Below, piece by piece: positions 1 to 7,945 of a stretch of DNA of 64,000 nucleotides (position 1 is the stretch's first letter; each line of letters opens with the position of its first letter). Source of the DNA: a phage; NCBI GenBank assembly GCA_019338205.1, contig GCA_019338205.1_4761.1, one strand, 5' to 3'. The notes under the pieces were generated by a model. It worked only from the letters and a program-made list of their open reading frames with translations, was not told the origin of the DNA and did no database searches. Made by a program: the position numbers and the translations under genes.

Positions 1-107
1 TGCACGGAAAACAGTATATTTGGTCATCTTTCTGTAAATCGTATGAGCTTTTAAGCTGGGCGATTGATGTATGGAAAATTGAATATGAAGTAATTACAGA
101 AGAGTGA
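1..107 (+). CDS. 3' end of hypothetical protein (partial, start outside window); C-terminus paralogous to 118..552 product
   Basis: In-frame translation ...QYIWSSFCKSYELLSWAIDVWKIEYEVITEE* resembles C-terminus of next ORF (QYLWSDFCQRYERLSWATRLWCVEYKEITK). Confidence 0.4.
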   Translation, partial: HGKQYIWSSFCKSYELLSWAIDVWKIEYEVITEE

Positions 108-117
108 GGAATACAAA

Positions 118-552
118 ATGAAAAAGTTGATGGCTACATTTCATGACATGCGAGATCTACCAGGTTTAGCACATATCGATTTTCCTGTTACTATGGAAGT
201 GTCGGAATATGACGGTTATCATGATATTCTGTTCATTAAAAATACTGAGTTTATCCGCTTAGGCGCTAAACCTGCTGTGCTATACCCAGAAGGAAACCGG
301 ACAGCGGTCAGAAAAACAAATTCTGTTAAATTGGCATTTAGTTCAGATGTTGACTTGGAACCAGCTTTCGGATATACTCCTGTCGAGATCACAAAATCGA
401 ATACTTCTTTCGTGAAAGTAGGAGAGAAAACGCATATTTCAACTATGCAAGACGGTACACAATATCTATGGTCCGATTTCTGCCAGCGTTATGAGCGTTT
501 ATCATGGGCTACCCGCTTATGGTGTGTTGAGTATAAGGAGATCACAAAATGA
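118..552 (+). CDS. hypothetical early protein
   Basis: 144 aa ORF, GAGG RBS upstream, stop overlaps next start. Confidence 0.6.
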   Translation: MKKLMATFHDMRDLPGLAHIDFPVTMEVSEYDGYHDILFIKNTEFIRLGAKPAVLYPEGNRTAVRKTNSVKLAFSSDVDLEPAFGYTPVEITKSNTSFVKVGEKTHISTMQDGTQYLWSDFCQRYERLSWATRLWCVEYKEITK

Positions 553-803
553 TCACCGGATATATTCCATATTCAACAACAAAACATATTGTCGGATTCG
601 AAGACATAGAAAAGTCTTGCTTTCCTCTCAAGGTTGAAGTAGACTTTATTACAGCGAACGGGTGGGCTTATGTTACCGTAGAAGAAATGAAGCGCGTAGG
701 GTGGGAAAACTGCATACACCTACCGCATCTTATCCTAGATGTTCGCGCTGGTGAAATTGATATTGCTGGAAAGATCTATGGAGACAATGTAAATGAAAAT
801 TGA
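549..803 (+). CDS. hypothetical early protein
   Basis: 84 aa ORF, AAGGAG RBS, overlapping ATGA coupling with upstream gene. Confidence 0.55.
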   Translation: MITGYIPYSTTKHIVGFEDIEKSCFPLKVEVDFITANGWAYVTVEEMKRVGWENCIHLPHLILDVRAGEIDIAGKIYGDNVNEN

Positions 804-990
804 AATTATTGATGATGGTGGATTTTCTTTCATGAATGGCGTTAAACTTCCTATCATCGTGGAAGGTCGTCGTTATGGGCTTGATTATCTTGTAGAAACG
901 CAGGAACTACAAAAAGCTGGCGTGCCAATTAAAGGTTATTTTCCTGAGTATGAATGGTGTTTTCGTGCAAATGAAGCCTGGGCGGTATAA
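793..990 (+). CDS. hypothetical protein, MKIEIID family paralog 1
   Basis: 65 aa; N-terminus MKIEIIDDGGFSFM..LPIIVEGR shared with next gene. Confidence 0.55.
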   Translation: MKIEIIDDGGFSFMNGVKLPIIVEGRRYGLDYLVETQELQKAGVPIKGYFPEYEWCFRANEAWAV

Positions 991-1008
991 CTAATTGAGG
1001 ATTATATT

Positions 1009-1266
1009 ATGAAGATTGAAATTATTGACCGTGCTGGGTATACTTTCATGGAAAAAGTTAAACTTCCTATCATTGTTGAAGGTCGACCCTTATGTCAAGG
1101 ATTCATGATAAAGACCAGAGAACTACGAAATGCGGGTGTTCCTGTTGAATCATGTTTCGGTGATGATTATGAATGGTGTTTCAGTGGTTTTCGTGCACAT
1201 AAAGTAAAAGAAGCACGAAAAGCGTCATGGTTTGCTCGCTTTAATAACTGGTTGAGGAATCTGTGA
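1009..1266 (+). CDS. hypothetical protein, MKIEIID family paralog 2
   Basis: 85 aa; GAGGATTATATTATG initiation region; paralog of 793..990. Confidence 0.6.
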   Translation: MKIEIIDRAGYTFMEKVKLPIIVEGRPLCQGFMIKTRELRNAGVPVESCFGDDYEWCFSGFRAHKVKEARKASWFARFNNWLRNL

Positions 1267-1604
1267 TGTGTGAAATGAAAAAGTATATGATTCTAAGTGA
1301 TTCAGGATACACCTTCTTACAAGGTATTGATAGTGACTCGCGTCCTATTGTATATGGAAAAGAACATCCGACCATTCTTGGGATCATTCTTGTTACGACA
1401 AGATCACTTCGTCGAGTGTCGGAAAGCCCATACCTACAAAACGTAAAGCAAGACCGAGAATGGGCTTTCGAGTTAGGTAAAGATCTTGTTGAGTGGGTAA
1501 ACTGTGAAGACAAGAACCAACGAAATCATGAAAGGAAGATTGCACGAAATGTACATAGAAAAAAACTTGATGAAATCAAAAACAGGATTCTACAATCAAT
1601 GTAA
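1266..1604 (+). CDS. hypothetical protein, distant member of same family
   Basis: GAGGA RBS 7 nt upstream of ATG 1266; SGYTFLQG motif resembles AGYTFMEK. Confidence 0.45.
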   Translation: MCEMKKYMILSDSGYTFLQGIDSDSRPIVYGKEHPTILGIILVTTRSLRRVSESPYLQNVKQDREWAFELGKDLVEWVNCEDKNQRNHERKIARNVHRKKLDEIKNRILQSM

Positions 1605-1824
1605 TAGGGTATTCATCGTCCTTCTGGATTCAGAAAACTATCCAGAACTCTCTAAAACGCGTTTTCCGTGCGTTGTTGAAGCACACAAGGCATATGCACC
1701 AGATAAACAGTTTATCGTTATGGCGAGCGAAATAGAGAGGTTAGGGGCGATCCCTAAACATGATGAATATGTGTTTCGTAAGGCGTTCTCTGTGCCTCAT
1801 TTTGGTGTAGAGTTAATTCACTAA
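1570..1824 (+). CDS. hypothetical protein
   Basis: ORF overlapping previous gene end; start uncertain. Confidence 0.3.
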   Translation: MKSKTGFYNQCNRVFIVLLDSENYPELSKTRFPCVVEAHKAYAPDKQFIVMASEIERLGAIPKHDEYVFRKAFSVPHFGVELIH

Positions 1825-1839
1825 AATCATAAAAAGTTG

Positions 1840-1868
1840 TTGACAGGGGATCGCGTATCCCCTATACT
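1840..1868 (+). promoter_or_regulatory. sigma70-like early promoter with spacer palindrome GGGGATCGCGTATCCCC
   Basis: TTGACA 1840-1845, 17 bp spacer, TATACT 1863-1868. Confidence 0.6.
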
Positions 1869-1911
1869 ACACACATCAAAACGAAACACACTTTTCTTAA
1901 GGAGAATCAAA

Positions 1912-2190
1912 ATGAGCAACCTGTCTTTCGCTAAAGTAGAAATTTCCAAAACTCGCGGTGGCATCAAAATCAAAACTTCCAATATCACTTCCTGCCGTGG
2001 TTGCGTCCGGTTTGCGTTCGACTTGGCAGCGAAGCTGGGTATTAAAACCTTTACCGTTGAGAGCGGATCTAACTGGACCACTCTGATTGTTACTGCCGCT
2101 TGGATCAATGGTGAGTATGTAGAAAAGGCATACTTTGACATTTTCTATGACTACGAAGAAAAATGCTTTTATGCACTGCAAGACATGTAA
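1912..2190 (+). CDS. hypothetical early protein
   Basis: AAGGAGAATCAAAATG RBS; downstream of promoter 1840. Confidence 0.55.
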   Translation: MSNLSFAKVEISKTRGGIKIKTSNITSCRGCVRFAFDLAAKLGIKTFTVESGSNWTTLIVTAAWINGEYVEKAYFDIFYDYEEKCFYALQDM

Positions 2191-2200
2191 GGAGGATAAT

Positions 2201-2509
2201 GTGACAACACAAGATATTGTTAATGTGCTTTATATCTGGACTACTGGTGCAATGATCTCGTATCTAGTATTCTGCTTGTACGCCAGATTCGACAAGGACA
2301 CCAAAGAGGTCGATACAGGAGCATTTTGTATTGCTGCAATCGTATGGCCTATAACGTGGACCGTGGTTGATATTGTTATGTGTTATAAGGGGCTGAAATG
2401 TTTTGGTTTGATGATTGCTGGTAAACCGGAAGCGAAGCCGCGCACGCATAAAGGATTCAGTCCAAAACCAGTCGATGACGGTCGATATAAACCGGAAGAA
2501 GATTTTTAA
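2201..2509 (+). CDS. hypothetical small membrane protein (GTG start)
   Basis: GGAGG RBS then GTG; hydrophobic segments. Confidence 0.35.
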   Translation: MTTQDIVNVLYIWTTGAMISYLVFCLYARFDKDTKEVDTGAFCIAAIVWPITWTVVDIVMCYKGLKCFGLMIAGKPEAKPRTHKGFSPKPVDDGRYKPEEDF

Positions 2510-2516
2510 AAAACTG

Positions 2517-2545
2517 TTGACATGAAAATGCGGTTATCATATAAT
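2517..2545 (+). promoter_or_regulatory. sigma70-like early promoter
   Basis: TTGACA 2517-2522, 17 bp spacer, TATAAT 2540-2545; short GCGGT/ACCGC repeat flanks -10. Confidence 0.55.
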
Positions 2546-2579
2546 GACCGCATCAAATGAACGATGTGAGGATTATATT

Positions 2580-2888
2580 ATGTTTATCTCTTCTGCTACT
2601 CCAGTTAAAGTTTACGGCGAAACTGTGTATCTTCCGGCTGGCTATCGCTATGTTATCGTTGACCGTCACGGTGTAGTGTATGCTTTTAAAGGCCGTCCGG
2701 TTGAGATTGATTCTGAATACGGTACATGGGGATATAAAGCCGCATACATGGATATTCCTGATTTGGGAGTACGTTTAGGAAGATTTGATAATGATGTTAA
2801 ACCATGCTTGATTAAGTATGCATCCTATGGTAAAACTGTTAAACCAAATAGCGTCGGCTGGATTGATGACGGCGTTAACGTGAAATAA
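2580..2888 (+). CDS. hypothetical early protein
   Basis: GAGGATTATATTATG initiation region. Confidence 0.6.
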   Translation: MFISSATPVKVYGETVYLPAGYRYVIVDRHGVVYAFKGRPVEIDSEYGTWGYKAAYMDIPDLGVRLGRFDNDVKPCLIKYASYGKTVKPNSVGWIDDGVNVK

Positions 2889-2902
2889 TGTGAGGTGAAT
2901 TT

Positions 2903-3196
2903 ATGCTGTCTACTCGTAAAATGGTTGTTGGTGTCGCTGAAAATGCTTTAGAAATCGCTGATGAGGCTTTGACCGTCGCTTATGTTCGACGTGAAGAATT
3001 GCTATTGAAACACGCGGATCTATTGGTTGAACGGAAAGAGACTATGAAAGCTGGTAAAAGCACGCTCGCGATTGCCATTAAACTATCTGATAGTGAAGAT
3101 GAGATCGTGGAGATCCACACTAAGATCAAGGAAGTAGAAAAATACTCTGAAATGCTGCGACATAATCTTGATGAATTAGGGGTAAATCATGGCTAA
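2903..3196 (+). CDS. hypothetical protein
   Basis: 97 aa ORF with GAGGTGA RBS. Confidence 0.55.
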   Translation: MLSTRKMVVGVAENALEIADEALTVAYVRREELLLKHADLLVERKETMKAGKSTLAIAIKLSDSEDEIVEIHTKIKEVEKYSEMLRHNLDELGVNHG

Positions 3197-3410
3197 GTTA
3201 CGATCTGGACGAGTTTTAACGCTGGCTGAACTGAAAGAAAAAGGTTTAGACCCTGATTCTGTAGGTATTAGACCTATTAATTACATTCTGTTTCTAGAGG
3301 GTAAACTCTTTACTAATGCTCATCCAGCATTAAATGCACCACATTTTTATAAGTGCAATGACTTTAACGGCTATATCGTTCCAGAATATTTCTTAGAATT
3401 TGATGATTAG
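3189..3410 (+). CDS. hypothetical protein
   Basis: 73 aa ORF, overlapping coupling. Confidence 0.45.
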   Translation: MAKLRSGRVLTLAELKEKGLDPDSVGIRPINYILFLEGKLFTNAHPALNAPHFYKCNDFNGYIVPEYFLEFDD

Positions 3411-3696
3411 TATAAAACACTCACCGACCGGAAAGGGGTCGGTGATCTTCAATGATGATAAACCGTTAATCTTAATTCGAAATGGTGACTGGACATTACA
3501 TTATACCCGTGTTACTATCCATTCACCGCCTAAAGAGATTCAACGGGAATTGGTTAGGATTGCCCTAACCGATAAGCATAAAGAGGCGGTGGGCTATTCT
3601 CTTTTGAAGTTGGGTGTTGACTTTCCTTTCGAGTATACGCTAACATTCAGAGAGCAGTCAGTGAAGCTAACAGAGATTCTATTCTCTGAGATATGA
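3400..3696 (+). CDS. hypothetical protein
   Basis: 98 aa ORF; start uncertain. Confidence 0.4.
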   Translation: MMISIKHSPTGKGSVIFNDDKPLILIRNGDWTLHYTRVTIHSPPKEIQRELVRIALTDKHKEAVGYSLLKLGVDFPFEYTLTFREQSVKLTEILFSEI

Positions 3697-3706
3697 GGAT
3701 TATATA

Positions 3707-4138
3707 ATGGTTTATCCAACTCCTAGTAAGATTTACATTGACGATACTCATTTTCTTGTTGAAATTATGGGTATCAAGTTTAGCGGTAATGTTAAAATTG
3801 TAGAATGGGAATTACACGGTCAACCTGTAACCGATTATGACCATTATATCCCTTTCGGTGGCGATGATAACTTTGTTTCATTTGACCATGAAGGTTACAT
3901 GAACTTTGAGCAAGACGATGTACCTTTGTATCTGGCAATGATGGATATTCCTATTAAAACAGAATATACAGAGGGCGATTGCGATTGTTGCGGATACTAC
4001 AGCGTAACAGATATTAAGCTGCCATCCGGTAAAGAACTTTACAAAGAGGATCATTTCGGAAACTGCAATTTTCCTTGCGGCTGGCAAGAATTTTTCGAAC
4101 TTGTAGAGATTGAGCGAACTTATTTGAGGAAGGGATAA
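3707..4138 (+). CDS. hypothetical Cys-rich protein
   Basis: GAGGATTATATAATG initiation region; CDCCGYY and CNFPCGW motifs. Confidence 0.55.
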   Translation: MVYPTPSKIYIDDTHFLVEIMGIKFSGNVKIVEWELHGQPVTDYDHYIPFGGDDNFVSFDHEGYMNFEQDDVPLYLAMMDIPIKTEYTEGDCDCCGYYSVTDIKLPSGKELYKEDHFGNCNFPCGWQEFFELVEIERTYLRKG

Positions 4139-4950
4139 TGAAGAAAGCATTAGGTTTAATTCCCTATACTGGCAATAAGGAAAAGCTATTGCCAGGTGTT
4201 AGTAAGTATTTCCCTAAGCACTATAACCGCTTTGTTGATGCCTTTTGTGGCGGCTTGAGCGTGTCTCTGTACGTCGAAGGTGATGTGCTAGCTAATGACT
4301 ATGACCATCGTTTAATTGACGCTTACAAGGCCATTGATGCGTGTCCTGATCCGGTTTCTACAATCAAGCGGATTATTTCCGAGAATGGTTTGTCTCGTGA
4401 TGATAAAGATGCTTACATGGCATTCCGTAAGAAGTATAACGAGAATCCAGATCCGCTATCGCTGTTTGTGTTGATTCAGCATAGTTTTAGCAACATTAAC
4501 CGCCATAATCGCAAAGGTGAATTTAATGCTAACTTTGGTCGCCGGACTTTTAACGAAAACGCGGTAGAGCGTGTCCTGAATTTTAAAGAAGAAAACAAAG
4601 ATGGTCGAATCAATTTTACTTCTGGACGATATGACGAGATCGAGATCTTGCCAGGTGATTTCGTTTATTTGGACCCGCCGTACCTTATCACTTCTGCTGA
4701 ATATAATAAGTTCTGGAGTGACGAGGAAGAGATTAAATTCTATCGGTGGGTAGAATCTATTATGGCGCGTGGTTTTCAGTTTGGTATCAGTAATGTCACG
4801 CATCATAAGGGAAATGTAAATGATCATCTTCTTGACTTTATCAAGCGGAATGATTTAAACTGCGTCCTGTTGAATAAGACCTATTGCCTAGACCGTTCAG
4901 GCGGCAAGTCTTCTGATACGCAAGAAGTTTATGTAACTAACGTAGATTGA
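4138..4950 (+). CDS. dam: DNA N6-adenine methyltransferase (Dam)
   Basis: AdoMet motif DAFCGG and catalytic DPPY motif; size 270 aa like T4 Dam. Confidence 0.8.
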   Translation: MKKALGLIPYTGNKEKLLPGVSKYFPKHYNRFVDAFCGGLSVSLYVEGDVLANDYDHRLIDAYKAIDACPDPVSTIKRIISENGLSRDDKDAYMAFRKKYNENPDPLSLFVLIQHSFSNINRHNRKGEFNANFGRRTFNENAVERVLNFKEENKDGRINFTSGRYDEIEILPGDFVYLDPPYLITSAEYNKFWSDEEEIKFYRWVESIMARGFQFGISNVTHHKGNVNDHLLDFIKRNDLNCVLLNKTYCLDRSGGKSSDTQEVYVTNVD

Positions 4951-4958
4951 GGTATAAT

Positions 4959-5240
4959 ATGGTAGAAATTTTTGGTTTTGAAGGTTACAACTGTAAGTAT
5001 TGCCAGAATGCAAAGCGCCTTTGTGAATCGCGTAAGATCCCTTACATCTACATTCCGGTTAATGATGGTGTGGACGAAAACGGTCGCCCTGTAAAGATTG
5101 ATTCTATCATTGCCGATATTCAGGATCGCGCAGGGGTAGAAGTTATTGCCACCATGCCGCAGATTTTCTATGATGGTGATTATATTGGTGGCTTTGATGA
5201 GTTCCGATCCTTTGTAGTCAAAAACAAGATTCATGGTTAA
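4959..5240 (+). CDS. nrdC: NrdC-like thioredoxin/glutaredoxin
   Basis: CKYC redox motif near N-terminus, ~93 aa, position upstream of gene 49. Confidence 0.65.
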   Translation: MVEIFGFEGYNCKYCQNAKRLCESRKIPYIYIPVNDGVDENGRPVKIDSIIADIQDRAGVEVIATMPQIFYDGDYIGGFDEFRSFVVKNKIHG

Positions 5241-5264
5241 ATACCTTCTTTGGAGGGTGAATTT

Positions 5265-5738
5265 ATGTTACTGACTGCTAAGAGTGCTAAAGAGTACAAA
5301 CAAGAACTATTCGAAAAACAGGGGGGCATTTGCCCCCTTTGTCAATTGCCACTTTTTGAGGATATGAGCAAAAACCATCTTGACCACGACCACGATCTAG
5401 ATGGTAAAGGTCAAGGCCGCGTAAGAGGATTGCTTCATTCGTGTTGTAACCGCTTAGAAGGATCGTTGACCGGAGACTTTAAACGGTTTGGTGTTGGTGC
5501 TTTAGGTGCTGACTTCGTTGTTTGGGCTACAAACTATGTTAATTACATCAAAGGAGACTACACCAACAATCATTTACATCCTCAATATGCTGTTGATAAA
5601 GTAAAACGATTTTCACGCTTGACACGCGCGGAGATGGTTGCTATTATGGACGCAGAAGGTTTCGATTACTGCGACGCTGATACACGAGAAGAGATCACGA
5701 AGAAGTATAAGAAACAATTTATACAAAGATTAAGATAG
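5265..5738 (+). CDS. 49: recombination endonuclease VII (gp49)
   Basis: ICPLCQ zinc motif, HLDHDHDL, RGLLHSCCN, FSRLTRAEM closely match my recollection of T4 endo VII. Confidence 0.8.
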   Translation: MLLTAKSAKEYKQELFEKQGGICPLCQLPLFEDMSKNHLDHDHDLDGKGQGRVRGLLHSCCNRLEGSLTGDFKRFGVGALGADFVVWATNYVNYIKGDYTNNHLHPQYAVDKVKRFSRLTRAEMVAIMDAEGFDYCDADTREEITKKYKKQFIQRLR

Positions 5739-5741
5739 TAG

Positions 5742-5770
5742 TTGACAATAAGAAATGGGAGTAGTAAAAT
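5742..5770 (+). promoter_or_regulatory. sigma70-like early promoter with GGGAGTA/TACTCCC inverted repeat across -10
   Basis: TTGACA 5742-5747, 17 bp spacer, TAAAAT 5765-5770. Confidence 0.6.
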
Positions 5771-5801
5771 ACTCCCATCTAATCAAGAAGGAGAATCAAC
5801 A

Positions 5802-6074
5802 ATGCGTAAGATGTTTAAATCCGGTGTGGCCTATGTTTTTAAATCTGAGCAAGCACGTAAAGACTTCCTAGAGGATGACTACGAAGGATTGAAAGATACC
5901 TACGAAGTCATCAAGAATGGGTTTACTGTTCTTAAAGTGTCACCTATTGGTTATGTAAGTGAAATCTCGGTTGATGGGAAAACATATACCGCTAAAGACT
6001 TTGATCCGCGTTGGGAATTTATGCTTCTTCCGTGTGACCGCATTCTGTTTCGTGCTGTTCAATTAGTGAAATGA
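5802..6074 (+). CDS. hypothetical protein, GF(K/T)VL-module family
   Basis: 91 aa; module GFTVLKVSPIGYVSEISVDGKTYTAKDF. Confidence 0.55.
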   Translation: MRKMFKSGVAYVFKSEQARKDFLEDDYEGLKDTYEVIKNGFTVLKVSPIGYVSEISVDGKTYTAKDFDPRWEFMLLPCDRILFRAVQLVK

Positions 6075-6088
6075 TAGAGGATTATATT

Positions 6089-6649
6089 ATGGTACAGAAA
6101 ACATACAAAGTATATTCGGTTAAGTCACCCAATGACGCTGTTTTTGAACGAGGTCGTTACTATACTTTCCGTAGTGCAGAAACAGTCGCAGAATTTATCA
6201 AACGATGTCCGCAACATAATAAGTTCTTGTATGACGTGCTTTGTAACGGCTTTAAAGTTCTCACTGTTGATGCGATGGGGCGTGTGTATCTGGTAGAAAC
6301 TCATGAGTATGAAGGTGCATCTGTTCTGATTGCTGCAAACGAGCGAAAATACTTTAAACGCATCACTAAAAAGCAGTTTGAAGAAATGAAACCAATTAAG
6401 AAAGAAGAATCTCTGGAAGATCTGATTAACTTGTTTGCGAAGTCTTCTTTGGTATCATTGACGCTGGAAGATTTTAGCTTTGATAATCAGCTATACTTTA
6501 AAAATGCCGATGACTTGAAAGATTTTCTGATTGAGAATAAACCTAAGCTAGAAACCTATATCAAAGGTGAGATTAAGCGCATGGAACATCAAGCAAAATA
6601 TAGCGCAGATAAAGTAGCTGAACTGAAAGAGATCCAAAGGTCACTTTAA
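6089..6649 (+). CDS. hypothetical protein, GF(K/T)VL-module family
   Basis: GAGGATTATATTATG; GFKVLTVDAMGRV and ERKYFKRITKK shared with next gene. Confidence 0.6.
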   Translation: MVQKTYKVYSVKSPNDAVFERGRYYTFRSAETVAEFIKRCPQHNKFLYDVLCNGFKVLTVDAMGRVYLVETHEYEGASVLIAANERKYFKRITKKQFEEMKPIKKEESLEDLINLFAKSSLVSLTLEDFSFDNQLYFKNADDLKDFLIENKPKLETYIKGEIKRMEHQAKYSADKVAELKEIQRSL

Positions 6650-6652
6650 CGC

Positions 6653-6681
6653 TTGACATGATGAAACGGGAGTAGTAAGAT
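6653..6681 (+). promoter_or_regulatory. sigma70-like early promoter with GGGAGTA/TACTCCC inverted repeat
   Basis: TTGACA 6653-6658, 17 bp spacer, TAAGAT 6676-6681. Confidence 0.6.
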
Positions 6682-6712
6682 ACTCCCATCTAAACAACGA
6701 GAGGATTATATT

Positions 6713-7891
6713 ATGGCTAAATTCTTTGAAGGGCATTACTACGCATTCCGTGAAGGCGGTAAAGATGAGTTTCTAGACTTTTCTCGCTATTCAATTACTC
6801 TGACCGATACTTCGCGCCGTGGTCATATTCGGGTTGCTGAAATTGTAGAAAAGGGCTTTAAAGTATTAGAAAAAGATGACCACGGTCATGTTGTTACTAT
6901 TGAAGCTGGAGATGTAGTTTATTCCGCTGAGGATATCGTTTATTATTGGGCTACTATGATTATGCACAATGAGCGCAAATACTTTAAACGCATCTCAAAA
7001 GAGGCATACGAAGCGATGAACAAGAAAGAGGATGCAATGCCGACTTACTTTGAAAAAGGTAAATGTTATTCGTTTACCCCGGAAGGTTTGCAAGAATTTA
7101 AGCGATTCTGGGGAGAGCATGATCCAGAGCACAAAGAAGCCATGAAACTTGTTGATTTTGTCGAATATGGCTTTTTAGTTGAAGAAGAATTGCACGGATC
7201 GGCTACCATGATCACCGCGAAAGGTGAAACTGTTAAGGCGGATCGTTTTTGTGACCAATGGAATTGCTTGTTTGACGGTAGCGAATTTGAATACTTCGCG
7301 GAAATCACGCGAGTTGAATATGTCCGTATGCAAGAGCGTGGTCAGAGATTTAAAGTAGGCGAACGATACAAGCCAAATCCACATAATTTGCCTCATTGGT
7401 TTAATACTGAAACCGTATCCAGTCATGTTATTGAAATTATTAAAACGCTGGAACATGGATTTAAGGTAACTAAAGTAGATTCTTTCGGAAGTGTTGACGC
7501 TGTTGAAGTTGATGGTGTAGAATATACTCCTAAATCTTTCGGGCTTTGCTGGTATCACCTGATCAGCAATGATGAACGTTATTACTTTGTTGAACTGCCA
7601 TCTGAACCGGAAGAAGCACTAGAAGATCATGATCATCTGTCTGAACTGGTTAAGCTGTTTGGTGATCTGCCGGATGGTGTAGGGGTGGCGGTAATGGGTG
7701 AAGGTGCTGTTATCCGAAACCTGAAAGACTTTAAAAAGTTCTTGATTGACATGCTGCCTAAACTTGATGATAATCTCGATAAAGATATTCAGAATCGCAA
7801 AGAAATTGTTAAAGATACTGAAAAAGAGATCGAAGAGATTCGAGCAATTCGCCAGAAGGTGAAAGCAGTAAAGAAAAAAGTTAGTTCTTGA
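6713..7891 (+). CDS. hypothetical protein with repeated GF(K/T)V modules
   Basis: 392 aa; internal repeats GFKVLEKDDHGHV, GFKVTKVDSFGSV; ERKYFKRISK motif. Confidence 0.6.
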   Translation: MAKFFEGHYYAFREGGKDEFLDFSRYSITLTDTSRRGHIRVAEIVEKGFKVLEKDDHGHVVTIEAGDVVYSAEDIVYYWATMIMHNERKYFKRISKEAYEAMNKKEDAMPTYFEKGKCYSFTPEGLQEFKRFWGEHDPEHKEAMKLVDFVEYGFLVEEELHGSATMITAKGETVKADRFCDQWNCLFDGSEFEYFAEITRVEYVRMQERGQRFKVGERYKPNPHNLPHWFNTETVSSHVIEIIKTLEHGFKVTKVDSFGSVDAVEVDGVEYTPKSFGLCWYHLISNDERYYFVELPSEPEEALEDHDHLSELVKLFGDLPDGVGVAVMGEGAVIRNLKDFKKFLIDMLPKLDDNLDKDIQNRKEIVKDTEKEIEEIRAIRQKVKAVKKKVSS

Positions 7892-7915
7892 CATGCGAAG
7901 GGAGTATGCTATAAT
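7888..7915 (+). promoter_or_regulatory. sigma70-like early promoter with GGGAGTA/TACTCCC inverted repeat
   Basis: TTGACA 7888-7893, TATAAT 7910-7915. Confidence 0.6.
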
Positions 7916-7945
7916 ACTCCCACTTAACAACGAGAGGATTATATT

